From the NCBI GenBank assembly GCA_965603825.1, contig CBFDEM010000058.1, forward strand, positions 62,001 through 126,000: a stretch of 64,000 bases of DNA, in the 5' to 3' direction. Under the pieces are notes generated by a model that searched no databases, was not told the DNA's origin, and worked only from the letters and a program-made list of their open reading frames with translations. A program made the translations under genes and the position numbers. Source of the stretch: Blepharisma stoltei ATCC 30299 (lineage: Eukaryota > Protista > Ciliophora). Each line of letters opens with the position of its first letter. The first letter of the stretch is position 1. Shown in pieces: positions 1-13,822 of the stretch.

Positions 1-83
1 GTCCTAAAGAGAACATAAATGAACTCAATAATGACACTCATGCATTTCACAGGTCAAACACTGGTAAATAATAATTATTAATG

Positions 84-524
84 CTATATGAATTTCAAGC
101 TTGATAGTAGCTCAGCACGCTGCTTTGCAGTTTTTATTTTCATTTCTGCGATTTCTTTTGAAAATTTGGAGTTAAAAGACCGCAGCTGGTCTTCAAGCTC
201 TTTTTTCCTTTTTCTGGCGATTTCTAGCCTTAATTCAAGATTTTCATTGGTGTCTTGTTGTTCATTTCTTATGCCGTGGTCAGCTTTTCTTATATCAAGA
301 TTCAGCTGCTCTTGTCTGTCTTCTAGAAACGACAGTTCTTGACGAAGGAAATGGATTCTTTCTCTTTGAAGCTCGAGGACTGTCAGGACCAAGGCTAAGT
401 CTTCAAATTCTTGGCATTGGGCTTGTCTGTGCAGCTGTGTGAATTGCTTTTTAAGAGTTCTATTTTCTTGTAGCAAATGATTATTTTCGGCTTGGGTTAA
501 GGTTAAAGGATGCTTTGGGATCAT
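84..524 (-). CDS. hypothetical coiled-coil protein (146 aa)
   Basis: ATG-to-TAG ORF rich in heptad L/E/Q/K/R, flanked by AT-rich intergenic DNA. Confidence 0.7.
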   Translation of the reverse strand: MIPKHPLTLTQAENNHLLQENRTLKKQFTQLHRQAQCQEFEDLALVLTVLELQRERIHFLRQELSFLEDRQEQLNLDIRKADHGIRNEQQDTNENLELRLEIARKRKKELEDQLRSFNSKFSKEIAEMKIKTAKQRAELLSSLKFI

Positions 525-861
525 TTTTGTTTTAAAATATTACACTTTATGCAAAATAGCATTATTTTATGAAAATGTCTGAAAATATTTATTTAAATTA
601 TATTTTACTGTAAAATGATCAAATTACTTTTCTATATATAGAAAACACATGTAAATAATATAATATTTAGCTTAAAAAATTACAATTTTTCTTTATTAAT
701 TCTGCTTAATTATAAACCTATTTCTGAGAAATTTAATTGAATTAATAATTAGAAATTCTAGCACTGTTAATACTAGGATCTTATCTTACATCAAGTATTC
801 AATTTTCATTAATTTCCGTAAATAGGGTAAAAATACCTTAACGGACATTACGTATCTAGCA

Positions 862-1770
862 ATGCAAAAATCTCATACATGTGAGCCTACAATTGAAGAA
901 GGTTGGAAAATATGCCAAGACTGTGGGATTTATCTCCCAGCATCAAAAAATCAGTGCTTTCGAGAAAATAATCCTACATGCATCAAAATCTCTCATCAAT
1001 CGCTATTAAAAAATTACCGAGAAAACTCAGACTATAACCGAGGGTTTAACCCAAGTGCTACTTATCTTAAAGTAATTATTATTTAGTACAGAAAAATCTT
1101 GATTGACTGAATATGTGAAGTAGGGGAATCACTGCATCTTTCTCTTTTAACTATACAAACTGCAGCCTCTCTATATGACTCTTTACTATCCACAAAGGAA
1201 TTCTCAAAACCTCTCCTTCAGCCTATAGGTCTTATTGCTTTACTTGTAGCCGCTAAATCAGAAGAAGGCGACGAAAATGTGCCGAGATTCCACCAGTTAG
1301 TAAGATTCACACAAAATTCAGTAGCTACCTTAAAAAGACTTGAGCTGGAACTCCTAACAACCCTTAAATGGCAAATTGTGGTGGTTACCCCACTTCATTT
1401 TATATATTTCTATACTTCTCATGGCGTTGTTTTTATCAATGATGCTATAGGAGCGAGTAGAGTTAACGAAAGAACTGCTTCATATGTAAGAAAATATGCT
1501 GAATTTTTCGCTGATTTAGCATTGCAGGAACATGAGTTTATACAATTTTCTGCTGAAAATATTGCCTGTGCTTGCATTGCAGGGGCCAGAAAAGTGGTAG
1601 GGATTTTTAATATTTGGCCGGCAGAGCTAGAAGAAATGACTGGGAAAAAGCTGGAAAATACGTGCTTTGGGAAGCTGTGGAAAAATTACCAGGAAAGTTT
1701 TGTGGCGGATGGAAATTCGAAGGTGAAGCAGTCGAAAGAAAATAAAGAAAATGTAAGAAAAAATGTATAA
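862..1770 (+). CDS. cyclin (cyclin-box protein)
   Basis: Removing the 15-nt intron 1072-1086 (gtaattattatttag) and reading TGA 1108-1110 as Trp gives YRKILIDWICEVG...LIALLVAAKSEE...LELELLTTLKW...TPLHF, the cyclin N-box and C-terminal fold. Confidence 0.9.
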
Positions 1771-2063
1771 TTAGGGTGAGAAATTTTTTATATAAAAAAG
1801 GTTTATAGTGTTTATCTAAGAGACAAATATTTTGGATTTATAATATATTACAATCATTATTTATCTAGCAATAAGATAAAGCGTGCTAAATAATTATAGA
1901 AAATTATTAAAAAAATATAAGCTAAGCGGTTTCTTGATTTTTTAAATTTTATTGACCCATAATTTTCAGCCCATTTAAAACTCTTTTTATTTAGTCCCAT
2001 ATAATCCCTCCACTTCTTTTTCAATTTGCTAAATTCATTTTAACTTTCACTTCGTTTAAAATA

Positions 2064-5000
2064 ATGAAAAAGAAAAGAGCAAGTTTTGAAGAAAAGTTAC
2101 CTATGATTTTAGAATATCTCAACAATAAACTCCCTGACACTGCTTATCAATATCCTTTGGTAATTTCTCTGCCCAAGAAGAATCAATTAAGATATGCTGG
2201 AAATTCCAATAAAAATCCTATGAAGAAATTATTGATTGAAAGCACCCCAATGATACCTTTCATAGAGTCGATGCCAGATGACTATAGTAATGAAGATGAT
2301 TCATTATACTTTAAATGCTCCGATATGATTAGCTTTGATAGAGAATCTTTCGCGTCATTATCATATGAAGAACGATATCTCCCTGATATTCCGATTATGA
2401 AATCAACGAAACCAAAAGCTATTGAATCATCTTATAAGCCTTATCAAATAGAGCCAATTATTGACTCAAAAATAAGCAAAATAAAACCAAAAACAGCGAC
2501 AAATTGATTTTATCCTTCACCTAGAGAGATTTCGCCAGCTTCAAAAAATAGTTTAAATGAAAAATCAAAGCCTCCAATCTCCAATGACTCAAGCTGCAAG
2601 TCAGTGCTTCGCAAGCGAAAAATGAAAGCTAGACCTTGCTCAGGTCACCCGATCGCTACAAAAAATACCCCCTCAAAGCCTGAGCCCTTATCTATTGCAA
2701 ATGATATACAAATTAAATCTGGCCCAATTTTAAAGGACCTTGAAAAAAATGTGGTCCGCTCACAAAGCCCAAATATCCCAGCTAATCCTCAGCCAGCTAT
2801 AAAAAAAAGGTCTTTACCTAGAGAAACTCCAGTTATTTTTGACCCCAACCAAAAACGACGACCTTTAATGAGCGGCGCTTTAACAGATAAAGCTGATAAG
2901 CACAGAGAAAATAATCTTGACATTCTCCTTATGAACAAAAATAATTATGATCTCAAATTATTTATGCAGGAATATAACAGACGCCAAGGCCTGCCTGAAG
3001 GCTCTAAAATTTTTATAGTAACAGGACAGTTCGAATTTATTAGAAGAGAGCTTAAAGCTAGAGGTTGAATAGAAAACAAACAAAGCACGTCGCAGGCATT
3101 TCATTTGAAATGAATTTACAGTGACACAGATAATGATTATAAAGTGCTGAGACCTGGACAATTAATTAACCATTTTAACAACAATAGAGAACTGACCACA
3201 AAAAGTGGGCTATTAAAGAATTTGAGGAATTTTTGTGAAAATAATGTAAATATTGATACCTTTTTCCCAAGGTGTTATGATCTAGGAGATAATGTCCAAA
3301 TAAAAGAATTTATACAGGATTATCAAAATACGGCGATAATAAACATTGTTAAAAAACATGCAGATTTTTTTCAGTCAGACTATGATTTGCAGCCTGTTAA
3401 TTTGCGGTTGTTAAGCTTGGCTATTCAGCATACACAAATGATAGTTGGCAATATTTTTGATCAATGTGAAAAAATTCATGATGTAGTAAATAATGAGGAT
3501 TTTAACTATAATAGCTATATCAAGGATGAGGATATGAAAAGCTTATTGGAGTATAGTGATTTCGACTTTCCTATAAAAATACAGCCTGAAACATGGGATT
3601 ATCCTAACAAAGAATTGGTTCAAACTTGTATTGAGCTGAAAAACACAATTTTAAAAATTTTGCCTCAAGCGGAAATGGAAGGTGTAAAAAATATTTGAAT
3701 TATTAAACCTGGGCAAAATGCAAGAGGGTCTGGGGTTAGATGTGTGCATGGGCTTCAAGAAATTTTGGATTGTGGTAAACAAATGCAGTCACGTATAGTG
3801 CAGAAATACGTGGAAAAGCCATTTCTTATCCCTACAAGCTCAGGGCTATGCAAATTTGATATAAGGCAGTGAGCACTGGTTACAAGTTTTTCACCTCTTA
3901 CTATATATTTTTTTAATTCTTGCTATTTGAGATTATGCCAGCAAGCTTATAATTTGGATACATTAGACGCATATACTCATTTAGCTAACTATTCTTTGCA
4001 AAAAAATGTCGCGAAAGCCCAAGAAGACACTGTTTGGAGACTTTCTCAATTTATAGAATATTTGTCATCTAAAGATATTTCTTGAGATGAAGCAGTCTTA
4101 CCAAAAATCCACAGCATTATCACAAGAACTCTTCAAGCAGTTTCTGATAATATTGATACGCGGCCTGAGTGTTTTGAGCTCTACGGGTTTGATGTCATGT
4201 TAGACGAAAAATTAACCCCATGGCTACTAGAAACCAATTTAAGCCCAGCTTGTGCAGAAAGGACTGAGTGGCTTTCAAATATGCTTAACGCAATGGGGAA
4301 AGGACTATTTGATATTGTCATAGATGGAGCTGGAAATGATGACCCTTTATATTCACAGGATTTGAAGCAGCAGAAAAAAATATATGGAAATTCTCTTGAA
4401 TGGGTTTTGATATATAAAGGACTAGAAATTCCATCTGATATTGACCCGCTGAATTGCAATTTAGAAGTATGTGGGACAAAATTCAATGTTAAAAGGGAAA
4501 GAAAAATTGAAAGAAGAATTCAGGTAGAAAAGGCAGCGCTGGTTATACAGAGAGAGACAAGGAAATTTTTAATTAAGGTAAGGGCTGAAAGGGCAATGGA
4601 GCTAAAAAACTCTTTAATTGTTCAGCATTTTCTTAGAAGGAAGTTTGCTTATATGAGCTTGGCGAAACAAATTTTAATAGTTTCTGCTATTAAAATACAA
4701 TGCATTTATAGAGGATATAAAGCAAAAAAAATTGCAAAAGAATTAAGAAAAATAAGAGCTATAAGGCATATTCAAGCCATGATGAGAGGTTGGAAGTCAA
4801 GAGAAAATTTTAAAGAAAGAAAAACAGCCAAAGCAATTCTTCGGCTACAAAGAGGATTGAGGAGAAAATTTGCCTCTCTAGAAATAAATCGAGCTAAATA
4901 CTATCTTCAACAGATATCATTTATACAGCGTATGTGGAAGCGAAGATTTCGCTTATTAAACAAAAAAGCAATTATGATACAAAAATTATACAGAGGATAT

Positions 5001-5909
5001 TTAGGGAGAAAAATTTATTTTCGAGAAAAACATTTCCAGTCTATAATTATTACTATCCAAATTTCTATAAGAACTTTATTAGCCAAACATCATTTGAAAC
5101 ACATAAAAGTCGCTAGAGCATCCTCAATTATTTCTAAATTTGAATTTCAACGAAAAAACCTATCATGCATGGTATATTACAAAACCAATTCAGCTGCCCT
5201 AACAATCCAAAAACACATCAGGCGCTTTTTTGCACAAAAACTACTTGCTAATCTTAAAAACGAAAAAAAGATGCTTGTAAATGCTATCATGCTCATCCAA
5301 AAACATCTTCGAGGCAAAAAATCCCGCTTACAATATGAGAAAATCATAAGAAATAGAGCAGCCACAACAATTCAAAAATACATAAGAGGCCTCCAAGCAA
5401 GAGACTACTACAAAATCCTAAAACTTGTCAACAAATCGGCAATTATTATCCAAAAATATTACAGAGCTTATAGGGCACGACGAAAATTCCAAATGATGAA
5501 AAGAATCCAAAAGCAAGAGCATGAAAGAAGAAAAAGACTAGCAAAAATAAAAAAAGAACAAGAAGTAAGAGCAATAAAAGCATCAGAGAGGCTTTATAGT
5601 GGTAAGCATGGGCCTGAAATTCAGCAGAAAATTAAATCAAAAACGACAGAAAATTTTTTTGATGAAAAATTAAGTTTGAAAAAAGAAGAAACAAAAGTCA
5701 GCAAAGTCAGGGATTCAGTGGATGGAGAAGTAATTAATGCAAAACCTTTAAAAGGCCAATGGGCTAGCACCAAAACTGTGGCAAGTTTTGTTAAAGAAGA
5801 GCAGCTGTATTATAGGTCTGACTATATCGAGAAAAAACCTGAAAAACAAAAACTAAGCAAAAGGTTTAAAAAATTTTCTCCTTATGAGCAAGAACTCCTT
5901 CGACAGTAA
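2064..5909 (+). CDS. tubulin-tyrosine-ligase-like protein (TTLL3/TTLL8 glycylase type) with C-terminal IQ-motif array, ~1281 aa
   Basis: The four track ORFs share one frame and are separated only by TGA. Motifs: RG(W)IEN, HLK(W), INHF..NRELTTK, FFPRCYDL, NI(W)IIKPG, IVQKYVEKP, KFDIRQ(W), FELYGFD, PWLLETN. Many IQxxxRGxxxR repeats follow from ~4540. Confidence 0.9.
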
Positions 5910-6010
5910 TTCTCTATAATTTTTACCATAAAATATTCCAAAACCCAAGAAAAAATAAATGAAAGCTCCCTAATTTTATTTTAAATCTTATATATCCCAA
6001 TCCTATTAAT

Positions 6011-8242
6011 TTAGAAATTAGTTTTAATAAATCCTTGATGCAAGCAGATATTTATAATCATCAACAAAAACGTCAAAAAGCTCCCAAGTAGCATCATTGC
6101 AAATACAATCATCAAGCTCGGCATCGCATTATGGCAAACTGCTCTTTCCATATCTTGATACTCCCCATATAAATACCCACACACCAAATGGTTATAAACT
6201 CCTTGATTTTCCCCAAAAATTTCATCCATAAGAGAAGCTATATCGTTTCCAAAATAATTATTTACGGCTTGGGCCATACCAGCTGTATTGTCTACAAGTT
6301 CAGTAATTTTACCAGTTACCACCGCAAATGCTGTATTAATATTGTTGAACTTTGTCGTTGTGTCCTGCATAAAAGCACTAAAGCTGGTCTGGTACTGAAT
6401 AATGGCGTTAGGAATTGTATTGAATGGTGCTGGGATATTTGCACACACTAATTTTCCATCATAGCGGTTAGTCAAAAGATTACTACTCCACTCTGGAATT
6501 ACTAAGCAGGAAGGGGTGCCTACATTTGAATTTGGAGATGTCGCCGAAATATAGACATAGCCTACTGGACAATTGGCTAAAGAAGTGACAAATCTGTCCA
6601 TAACAGTGCTGGTGCATGTAGATGTCCGCTGATAAGACGAAGCATTAGAATAGTCACTGTAAAGGTTAAGCTGAGACAAACAGTAATCAGGGGTTTGATT
6701 ATTTTTTACTGTCTTTGCAGCAACATTTTGGAAACTGAGGGCTTGGTTTATCTATTTAAAAAATACAGCGTTTTGGTTAGCTGTCACAGAGGTGAAGTTT
6801 GATAAATAAGCTAAGCTGGAGTTAAGCTCAAGAAAAGTTTTATAATCAGCTTGCATTTGAGCAGCAAAAAATAAAGTTGTCGTAATATCAGTATAGTTTG
6901 CAAGGTTGGGGTCGCCATTTAAGCACTCATTAACTGATCCTGCGCTGTCTCTTGGAACTGCGATGTTATATTTATCTATATAATTTTTACTCAAGCCTTC
7001 AGTTGTAGGAAGATCTTCAGAAAACCTGCAAAAATCATTGGATGAGATACCAACTGCAATTACATATAAAAGTGCAAGGAGCCCAATGACAGAAAATAGT
7101 CCCATAAATCCCCAAAACCCAAACATTGCTTTGGCGTATCTTCTTCTGTTCATCATTATTATATAGACTACCAAACTAATTCCTCCAAGTAAAGTCCACC
7201 CAATAAGAACAGTTAAAAAGCTTGTGGCAAGCCAAATGTCTCTCACCTCATCGTCATGCTCTCTTATCCATTTGTGGACGTTCTTTTCCATCAATTTTGT
7301 TCCGTTTTTAAATGCTGTTAGTTTTTCTAAGGCAAGTTTAAGCTCATTTACAGTATTAGGAACATTCGTAACTTCTGTCGTTGTAATGGTGTTTAGATCA
7401 TTGTAAACACTTAATAAAGGAACTATTTTTTGGTTAATTTGTAGGTTTATCACTCCTGTATACGAATAAGTTGTCGTTGGAGGCCCAAGATTTGAAGTAT
7501 AATCAGTAGCTATTGTAGTTCCTGAATACTGAGGGTTTGGATTTGCAACTTGGCTATATAATTCTTACATATTTGAATAGGAGTTATAGTAATTTAAGAG
7601 TGCATTGTAGACTGGAGAAGTTCCTAAGGTCAAACTTGGCCATGCTTGATTATTCCACAGGGTATTTGTAGAGGTTATATATTGTTGTTGCATGTTTTCC
7701 ATAATATTCCCTGTATTTGTCACTGCTCGGTTAAGTCCAATCCAATTAGAATCTTCATACCCATTTAGCAAAGAATGAGGCATTCTTGATGTTCCACATT
7801 GAATCTGTTCCCAGGACTGATAGGCGTAGTCAGCGTATAATACAACTAATGCACAGCTCACTACCGCTCCTAATGTAAAGATTATTGAAGAGGCCAAGCA
7901 AGTTCTTCTTACTGATGTAAGCGTGGGAAAGTTTTTGCACAAATTTCAGTTAAATATCCTATAAAGAATTGCAATGACCCAAATTACAAAAACAACTGCT
8001 GCAATAGTTAGCCAAGGGAGCGCAAAATCTATTAAATCCTTCTCATAGTCATGCCAATTATAGCTATCACTTCCAGTCATAACTTTTTCAAGATGATTCT
8101 AAATAGTGTTTACGCTATTTGTGGAGATGTCTTTAAAAAATTTTTTTGAGTCAGAATAATAGTCAACGTCCATCAGCTTTTTAAACCTAATGTTGTGACA
8201 ATATTCCAGCGTGTCGCCAAAACTATCGTCTACCATATCCAT
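6011..8242 (-). CDS. multi-pass membrane glycoprotein, Tweety/prominin-like topology
   Basis: Continuous after removing 15-nt introns 8099-8113, 7554-7568 and 6752-6766 (possibly also in-frame 6976-6990). About 5 TM helices with two large Cys/Asn-rich loops (SNDFC, CLNGD, LVC..Y....AVC). The family call is tentative. Confidence 0.65.
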
Positions 8243-8647
8243 TTTTTAATTTCAACACATTTACAGCTTGTGATAAAAATATAAGGAAATTGTAAACTTG
8301 AGAGTTAATTTGTGTTATGTTAATTATTACAAGAAATTTGAAAAAAATTATAGCAATCTTGTGTTGTTTTTATAAATAAATTTGAGTAAATTAATAGTAG
8401 ATACCACTGATAAATAAAATAAATTTGCATGTATCTCTAAACTTATAATTTTGTTATTTATATTGTAAATATTTGAAAAAATTAATAATTTTATGATTTC
8501 TTAGAAGTAAAATGCATCTTAATTATAAATGAAAAATCAATATGTCAAAGCTTTTCTTATAAACTTCTTAAAATTCTAAATTTATAAAGCACCTGAAGCC
8601 CACTAATAATTATCATCATTATTAAATTATAAAAACTGAACAAAAAC

Positions 8648-11305
8648 TTACCTAATAGCACTAGCTTTAATTATCTCACTATTTTTTGCATTTAATGGCA
8701 TTATTTTTTTGGTCGTTCTCCACAGCTCTCCTTTCAATATTTCGCAATTGTCGCTTCTTTCTAAAATATTTTCCGAATTCATTTTTTGTTCTAATTTCAA
8801 CTCCATTGAATAATAAAAAATCCATATATCCCCAAGCCAACTTCCTTCTTTTAATGCTTTTTCAAACCAAATTCTAGATTTTTCGTACTTCTGATCGCTT
8901 AAAAATGTTTTAGCAATCGCTAACAAAAGATAAGGAGAATCCCCACAGCTCTCTAAAGCTTGCAATATTTTCGCTTTTCTTTCCTTTATGTTTGCCATTT
9001 CAATAGCAAGAGACCACAGTTTCCCATCTTTTAAAAACTCTTGCAGCCCTTGGCTCAACAAAAACGACGCCGCCTTTGAATTTCCTTTTTTATTTTCAAA
9101 ATTTACAGAAAAAACCCAAACTGATGCATCTTTGCTTAATTTTCTTCCTTTTTCAAGAAAATATCTCGCCCTCATATCGTTTCCTTTTTCCTCCTCAATT
9201 TTGCTTGCTTCAATCCATAATTTTCCATTATTAGGAATTAATTCTTGCCCTTTTTGAAGCAAAACAAATGATAGGTCTTTATTAGTGTCTTTAAGCAATT
9301 TGGCGCCTGCTATATAAAATGAAGGGACTGATGGGAACTTTTCAATGGCTTGATTGATAATTTCTAAAGCTTTTTCATTATTTGCAAGGCCTATATGTAG
9401 TTTTATGGCTTCTTTTCATAGGGCCCAGCCTTCACATTTAGCCATCCCAATGGCTAAAAAGTCTTGTGCTTCAGAAAACCTGCCTCGAGAAATTTCTTGG
9501 CTTACTATCAGTCTATACAAATTTTCAGAGTTTTCATGAATTTTAAGCGCTTCCATTGCTAAATTAGTAAATTCTGCAGGATAATGGACAATTGCAAACG
9601 ATAAAGCATCTTTTCACAGTTTTTTAGAGCTTGAGCATGCTTTGCATCCAGAATTCAATAACTTCCATAGTCTTTCTTGGTCACTCAGCTGTTTTTCTAA
9701 TTTAATTGCAATTTTCCATAGCTTTTTTTCTCTTGGGCAATACTTTAAGGCTTCATCAATAAGGCACCTTACAGATGTGAAGCAATTTTCTTTAAAAATC
9801 ATATCAATATCTTCAATCCATGCAAAAATTCTTTGGTCTTCTGATAAGCCTACGTTCATAGTAGATTTAATGATTGCTTTCGCAGTTAAAAAGCTTCCAG
9901 ACTGTTCAGCATTTATTGCTTCTTGAAGCCAAGTTTTTCTATTTATTTCGACTCCACTTTTAGAAAGAGTTTTGATGCCTCTGTCGATTAAAGTTTGGAT
10001 ATTGCCGATATTCCCTTCAGCTTCTTCTAATTTTGCAGCATTTATCCATATAAGTGGTTCATAAGGCATTTTTTTCCTTGCTTCATTTAAAATAGCCCTA
10101 GCATTTTTATAGCTCTCAATTTTTGCAAATGCAAGCCATAGCTCTAAATTGTGAGGAATACACTGAGACGCTCTTCGTAAATAAACTTTAGCTTGGTTCT
10201 CATCACATAACGATACTATTTCTTTCCACAGCCTTACAGAATCTGGGTTTAATTCTAGCCCTTTTTTCAGCACCCTAATTTTATTTTCATTATTTGTCTC
10301 ATTTTCACTAGCAGTTAGCCAAATTTTTACTGATTTCGGCAAGAATGCAGCTGCTTTAGCTAAAATTTTTTTCGCATTTTCATTATTTTCAAGCCTTGCT
10401 GACTCAATTCACAAATCTTCAGAGTCCGGGCATTTTTCACATCCTTCCCTAAGAAGTTTTCGTGCAGCTGCAATATTTCCATCTTTTTCTTCAATTCTGC
10501 TTGCAGAGAGCCACCCATGAGGCTGATGTGGATTTGTAGTGATTAATGATTTTACAATAGTCCTGATTTTTTTTAAATCTTCAACTTCATCGACAGAAAA
10601 TGGCTTCATTGATTCCATTTGTGTTATATATCCTTTTGGATCAACAGATGGGACGATACTTTCTGTATTCACCTTTTTTATCTGAGACGAAATCACAAGT
10701 CCTTTTGCTTCATTTAGGGTTGTAACCACTCCTGAGGATATTTGGCTCTCCTGATAAGATTCTTGTATAACTCTGTCTGAGATAGGGATATGATGGTCTT
10801 TTTTCTTTTTGGTTTTCATATGAGATTTTGCTTCAGGCAAATTCAATCACTCTTCTATATGAATATTACACTTACCATTGGAAATTGTAGCGAGATCTGG
10901 CTTTAAATCAGCGAAAATTTCAGCCGGGACTTTTCGCTTGTGGGTGGATAAAATTTCTTTTGCAGTGGTTTCTCGTTGGCGTTTTCTGCGAGTGTCCATA
11001 TAGTCATCAACATATTTGTAAGCCCTATCAGCTTCTTTGTCTTCTTCATCATAGGTTTCCTGGACAAATGGCTTGTCATCAAATCCTGACCATTTGTCGA
11101 ATAAAGTGTCAGAGTAGTCGCCTCGATCGTGCTCATGGCCTCGAGTTCCTTTGGTGGGGCTATATAAAAAATACTTTATGTTGGAGTTTGGAGAGGCAGC
11201 GTCACCTATATCAGAGCGGGTAAATATAGGGACAATTCCGCGGCCTATACCAGGGACATAGCCTGGAGGGGGAGGACCGAAGTTTGGTTTTTTGAATAAG
11301 TCCAT
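8648..11305 (-). CDS. PRP6: pre-mRNA-processing factor 6 (U5 snRNP HAT/TPR protein)
   Basis: N-terminal PPPGYVPGIGRG..FTRSDIG, YDEEDKEAD..Y..VD..MD.RRK.QRE, FADLK, VDPKGYIT, TNPHQPHGWLSASRIEE, followed by HAT repeats. One frame with TGA=Trp; probable introns 11160-11174 and 10855-10875. Confidence 0.95.
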
Positions 11306-11546
11306 TTTAGCTTTAGAGATTATATTAGGCTTAGTAGGATTAAAAGATCCTTATATTTTTAAAATCCCTAAAACTGTTCCAAATAAAACACAAATAAATA
11401 GTTTTATCATAAATAATTGCTCACTACAGCAATTATTATTTAATTTTCACATAAAATTCCTAGAAACAACTAAAAACCTTCAAATTTCCCTTCTAATTCT
11501 TAATTGTCCTGTGTGCTAATTTTTAATTATTGGATCATAATTATAT

Positions 11547-11900
11547 ATGGACAAATCATACTTGAGCGAGCTTACAGCTGCAGAGCAACAGTCAAATGAA
11601 ATCATAAGAGCAGTCCAGGAAGCCAGAGAAAGAAGACTGAAAGAAGCCAAGTTTGATGCTGAACAAGAGCTGGGAAAAATGAAAAAGGACTTGGAAGCTG
11701 AGTATAATGCTGCCATTGAAGCTGCTAATAAAGGACTTGGAAATGATATGAGTGGCATGCAGAAAGAGTTTAAGGACAAAGCAACTGCAGTTGAAAGAGA
11801 GTTCCAGTCAAATAAACAAAGAGGTATTGATTTCTTACTAGAGAGAGTTTATGATGTAAGAATTGAAATCCCTGCTGTTGTCAAAGGAGAGTTTAATTAA
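11547..11900 (+). CDS. V-type H+-ATPase subunit G
   Basis: L.AAEQ..NEII..VQEARERRLKEAK.DAEQE and C-terminal GIDFLLERVYDV match the V-ATPase G pattern. Confidence 0.85.
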   Translation: MDKSYLSELTAAEQQSNEIIRAVQEARERRLKEAKFDAEQELGKMKKDLEAEYNAAIEAANKGLGNDMSGMQKEFKDKATAVEREFQSNKQRGIDFLLERVYDVRIEIPAVVKGEFN

Positions 11901-12075
11901 GGACTTTTAGAATATAAAATAGGATAAATTAAAGGGAAATATAGGTACTGGCATATATTCTTTTGAAAAATATTAAAGAATAATTAAAACTGGTATGCAA
12001 AATTATTCTTCCTTTAAATAAATATTAAGTTTATATACTTTTGTAATTTTTAAACTTATTCAAAAGTTTAAATTA

Positions 12076-13458
12076 TTAAACCTGCTCAATAGAATCATCG
12101 AAAGTATCCGTAATATTCGTTGCTGTATTTATTTCGCTCCGGTTTACTTTGTTAAAAAGGTTCTCGTCCTCTCCAAAATTGCTTAGAACAATCATATTTA
12201 TTGCAGAGCAATCTCTTTTGCATAAGCAGCATGTCTATATATCGCTTACTGTATTAGCTTTAAACCATTCCTCAATGCAAGTAGAATGAAATAAATGAGA
12301 ACAATGCAGCTTTCGAACCCAAGAAGTAGGATGAAATGCATCAAAACAAATAGCGCACGTAATTTCTACCTTTTCCTTAGATTTCAGCTCATAATACCTA
12401 AAAGCTGGGTATTTCTTATTAATAAGTGAAGAAGACAGTCCAGGGGATTCTTCAGTAACCTTAACAAGATGATGCTCTTTGCATTTCTTTTTAAAGATAA
12501 AAAACAGCCCAAATAATACAGTAATCACGCCTACACAGCTTATTATTATGTAAATCAAAATAAACACACTTGCATCGTCTGAAGATTTTTCTTCATATCA
12601 AATCGTATAATTTGAAGCTGTAGATTTATAAGAGTCCAATGGGAAAGCTGCGACATATAGAAAATCGTTCATATCACTGATATCAATTGTAGCGGTTGTT
12701 GGATTTTTTAAGCCATTTAAAAATACTGATAAATAAAAATGATGGGATGAAGGCAAGGAGAAATTCCTGCATAAGAGTTACCCTGATCCATCATAATTTA
12801 ATAATAGTCTACAGTATGGGCCATCTCAGTTTATGTTTAAAACAATAGAACTTGATGATACTATATAAAAAATACTGTTCGCTAAGCTTATATAGCCATA
12901 GGTAAAGCCATTTATAGGGTTTTTTATATCGGTTTTGGAAGGTAAAATTTCAACTGCGGGAATTCCACAGGTTGGCTTTATGTAACCCGGATTGCAAGAG
13001 CATTGATTTAAGGCTTGACAGGCCCCGTTATTATTGCAGTCTTGTGGGCAGAGGAGGCTATCACTTGCATCGACCCTAAGTTTGTACTGAATAGCGCCTT
13101 CTTTATAATCGTAATTCCCGACGCTTATAATGCTAGGAAGGGTGCCGGAATTCTCCAATATTATCGAATGATAATTGAGATTTGAAAACCAGCCTTCATA
13201 GTCGATATAAGTAGCTTGGACATCAGTGGAATTCGCGCCATAATGAGGCTCAGTATCACTAAGTGCAAGAAGCGGTGAAGAGTCTTTGGGCTTGTCTATA
13301 ACTTCAACCCATATCCGAATATATTTTTCGTTGGCTATTTTGAAATCAATTTTCAAATGGTTTCATTGGGTAGTTTGAGTAAAGTAATAAAAATTGTTTA
13401 ATTCAATAGTAGCAAATGCTAAACAATTGAAGAGTCAAAGGGTTATAAAATATTTCAT
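12076..13458 (-). CDS. type I membrane RING-H2 E3 ligase with extracellular EGF-like domain
   Basis: Signal peptide, EGF-like CPQDCNNNGAC..CSCNPGY...C, TM helix, RING-H2 CAIC..LHCSHLFH..CIEEW...TCCLC. 15-nt introns at 12861-12875, 12767-12781 and 12235-12249; alternative in-frame ATG at 13473. Confidence 0.85.
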
Positions 13459-13822
13459 AATCGTGGCAGCCATATAATAATTTTCTGAGAAGTTTCCACA
13501 AAAGTTAAATTTAATGGATAAATTGAAAGAAATCAGGTTTACAAGTTAATATATGGACAGTTGAATTAATCATTTTTATTTAATTAGCTATTGCAGCTTT
13601 ACTTCAGCTTAAATGACATTTTCAGCTCCTTTAGCATTCAAAAATCATTTCAAATTTATAAAAAAACTTTAATTAAATAAAAATTATTAGATTATCACCT
13701 CTGCATTATAGAGCAATTTTCTATTTAAGCCTAAATATAAACCTAATGCTCAATTTAATTATTAAAGTCAGGGGAATGTAAGGTTTATTTTTAAGTCAAG
13801 CTATTTAAGTCTAAGAAATAAC

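Noticed and set aside
1108-1110. TGA as selenocysteine
   Set aside because: It aligns with conserved Trp, not Cys, in many unrelated proteins
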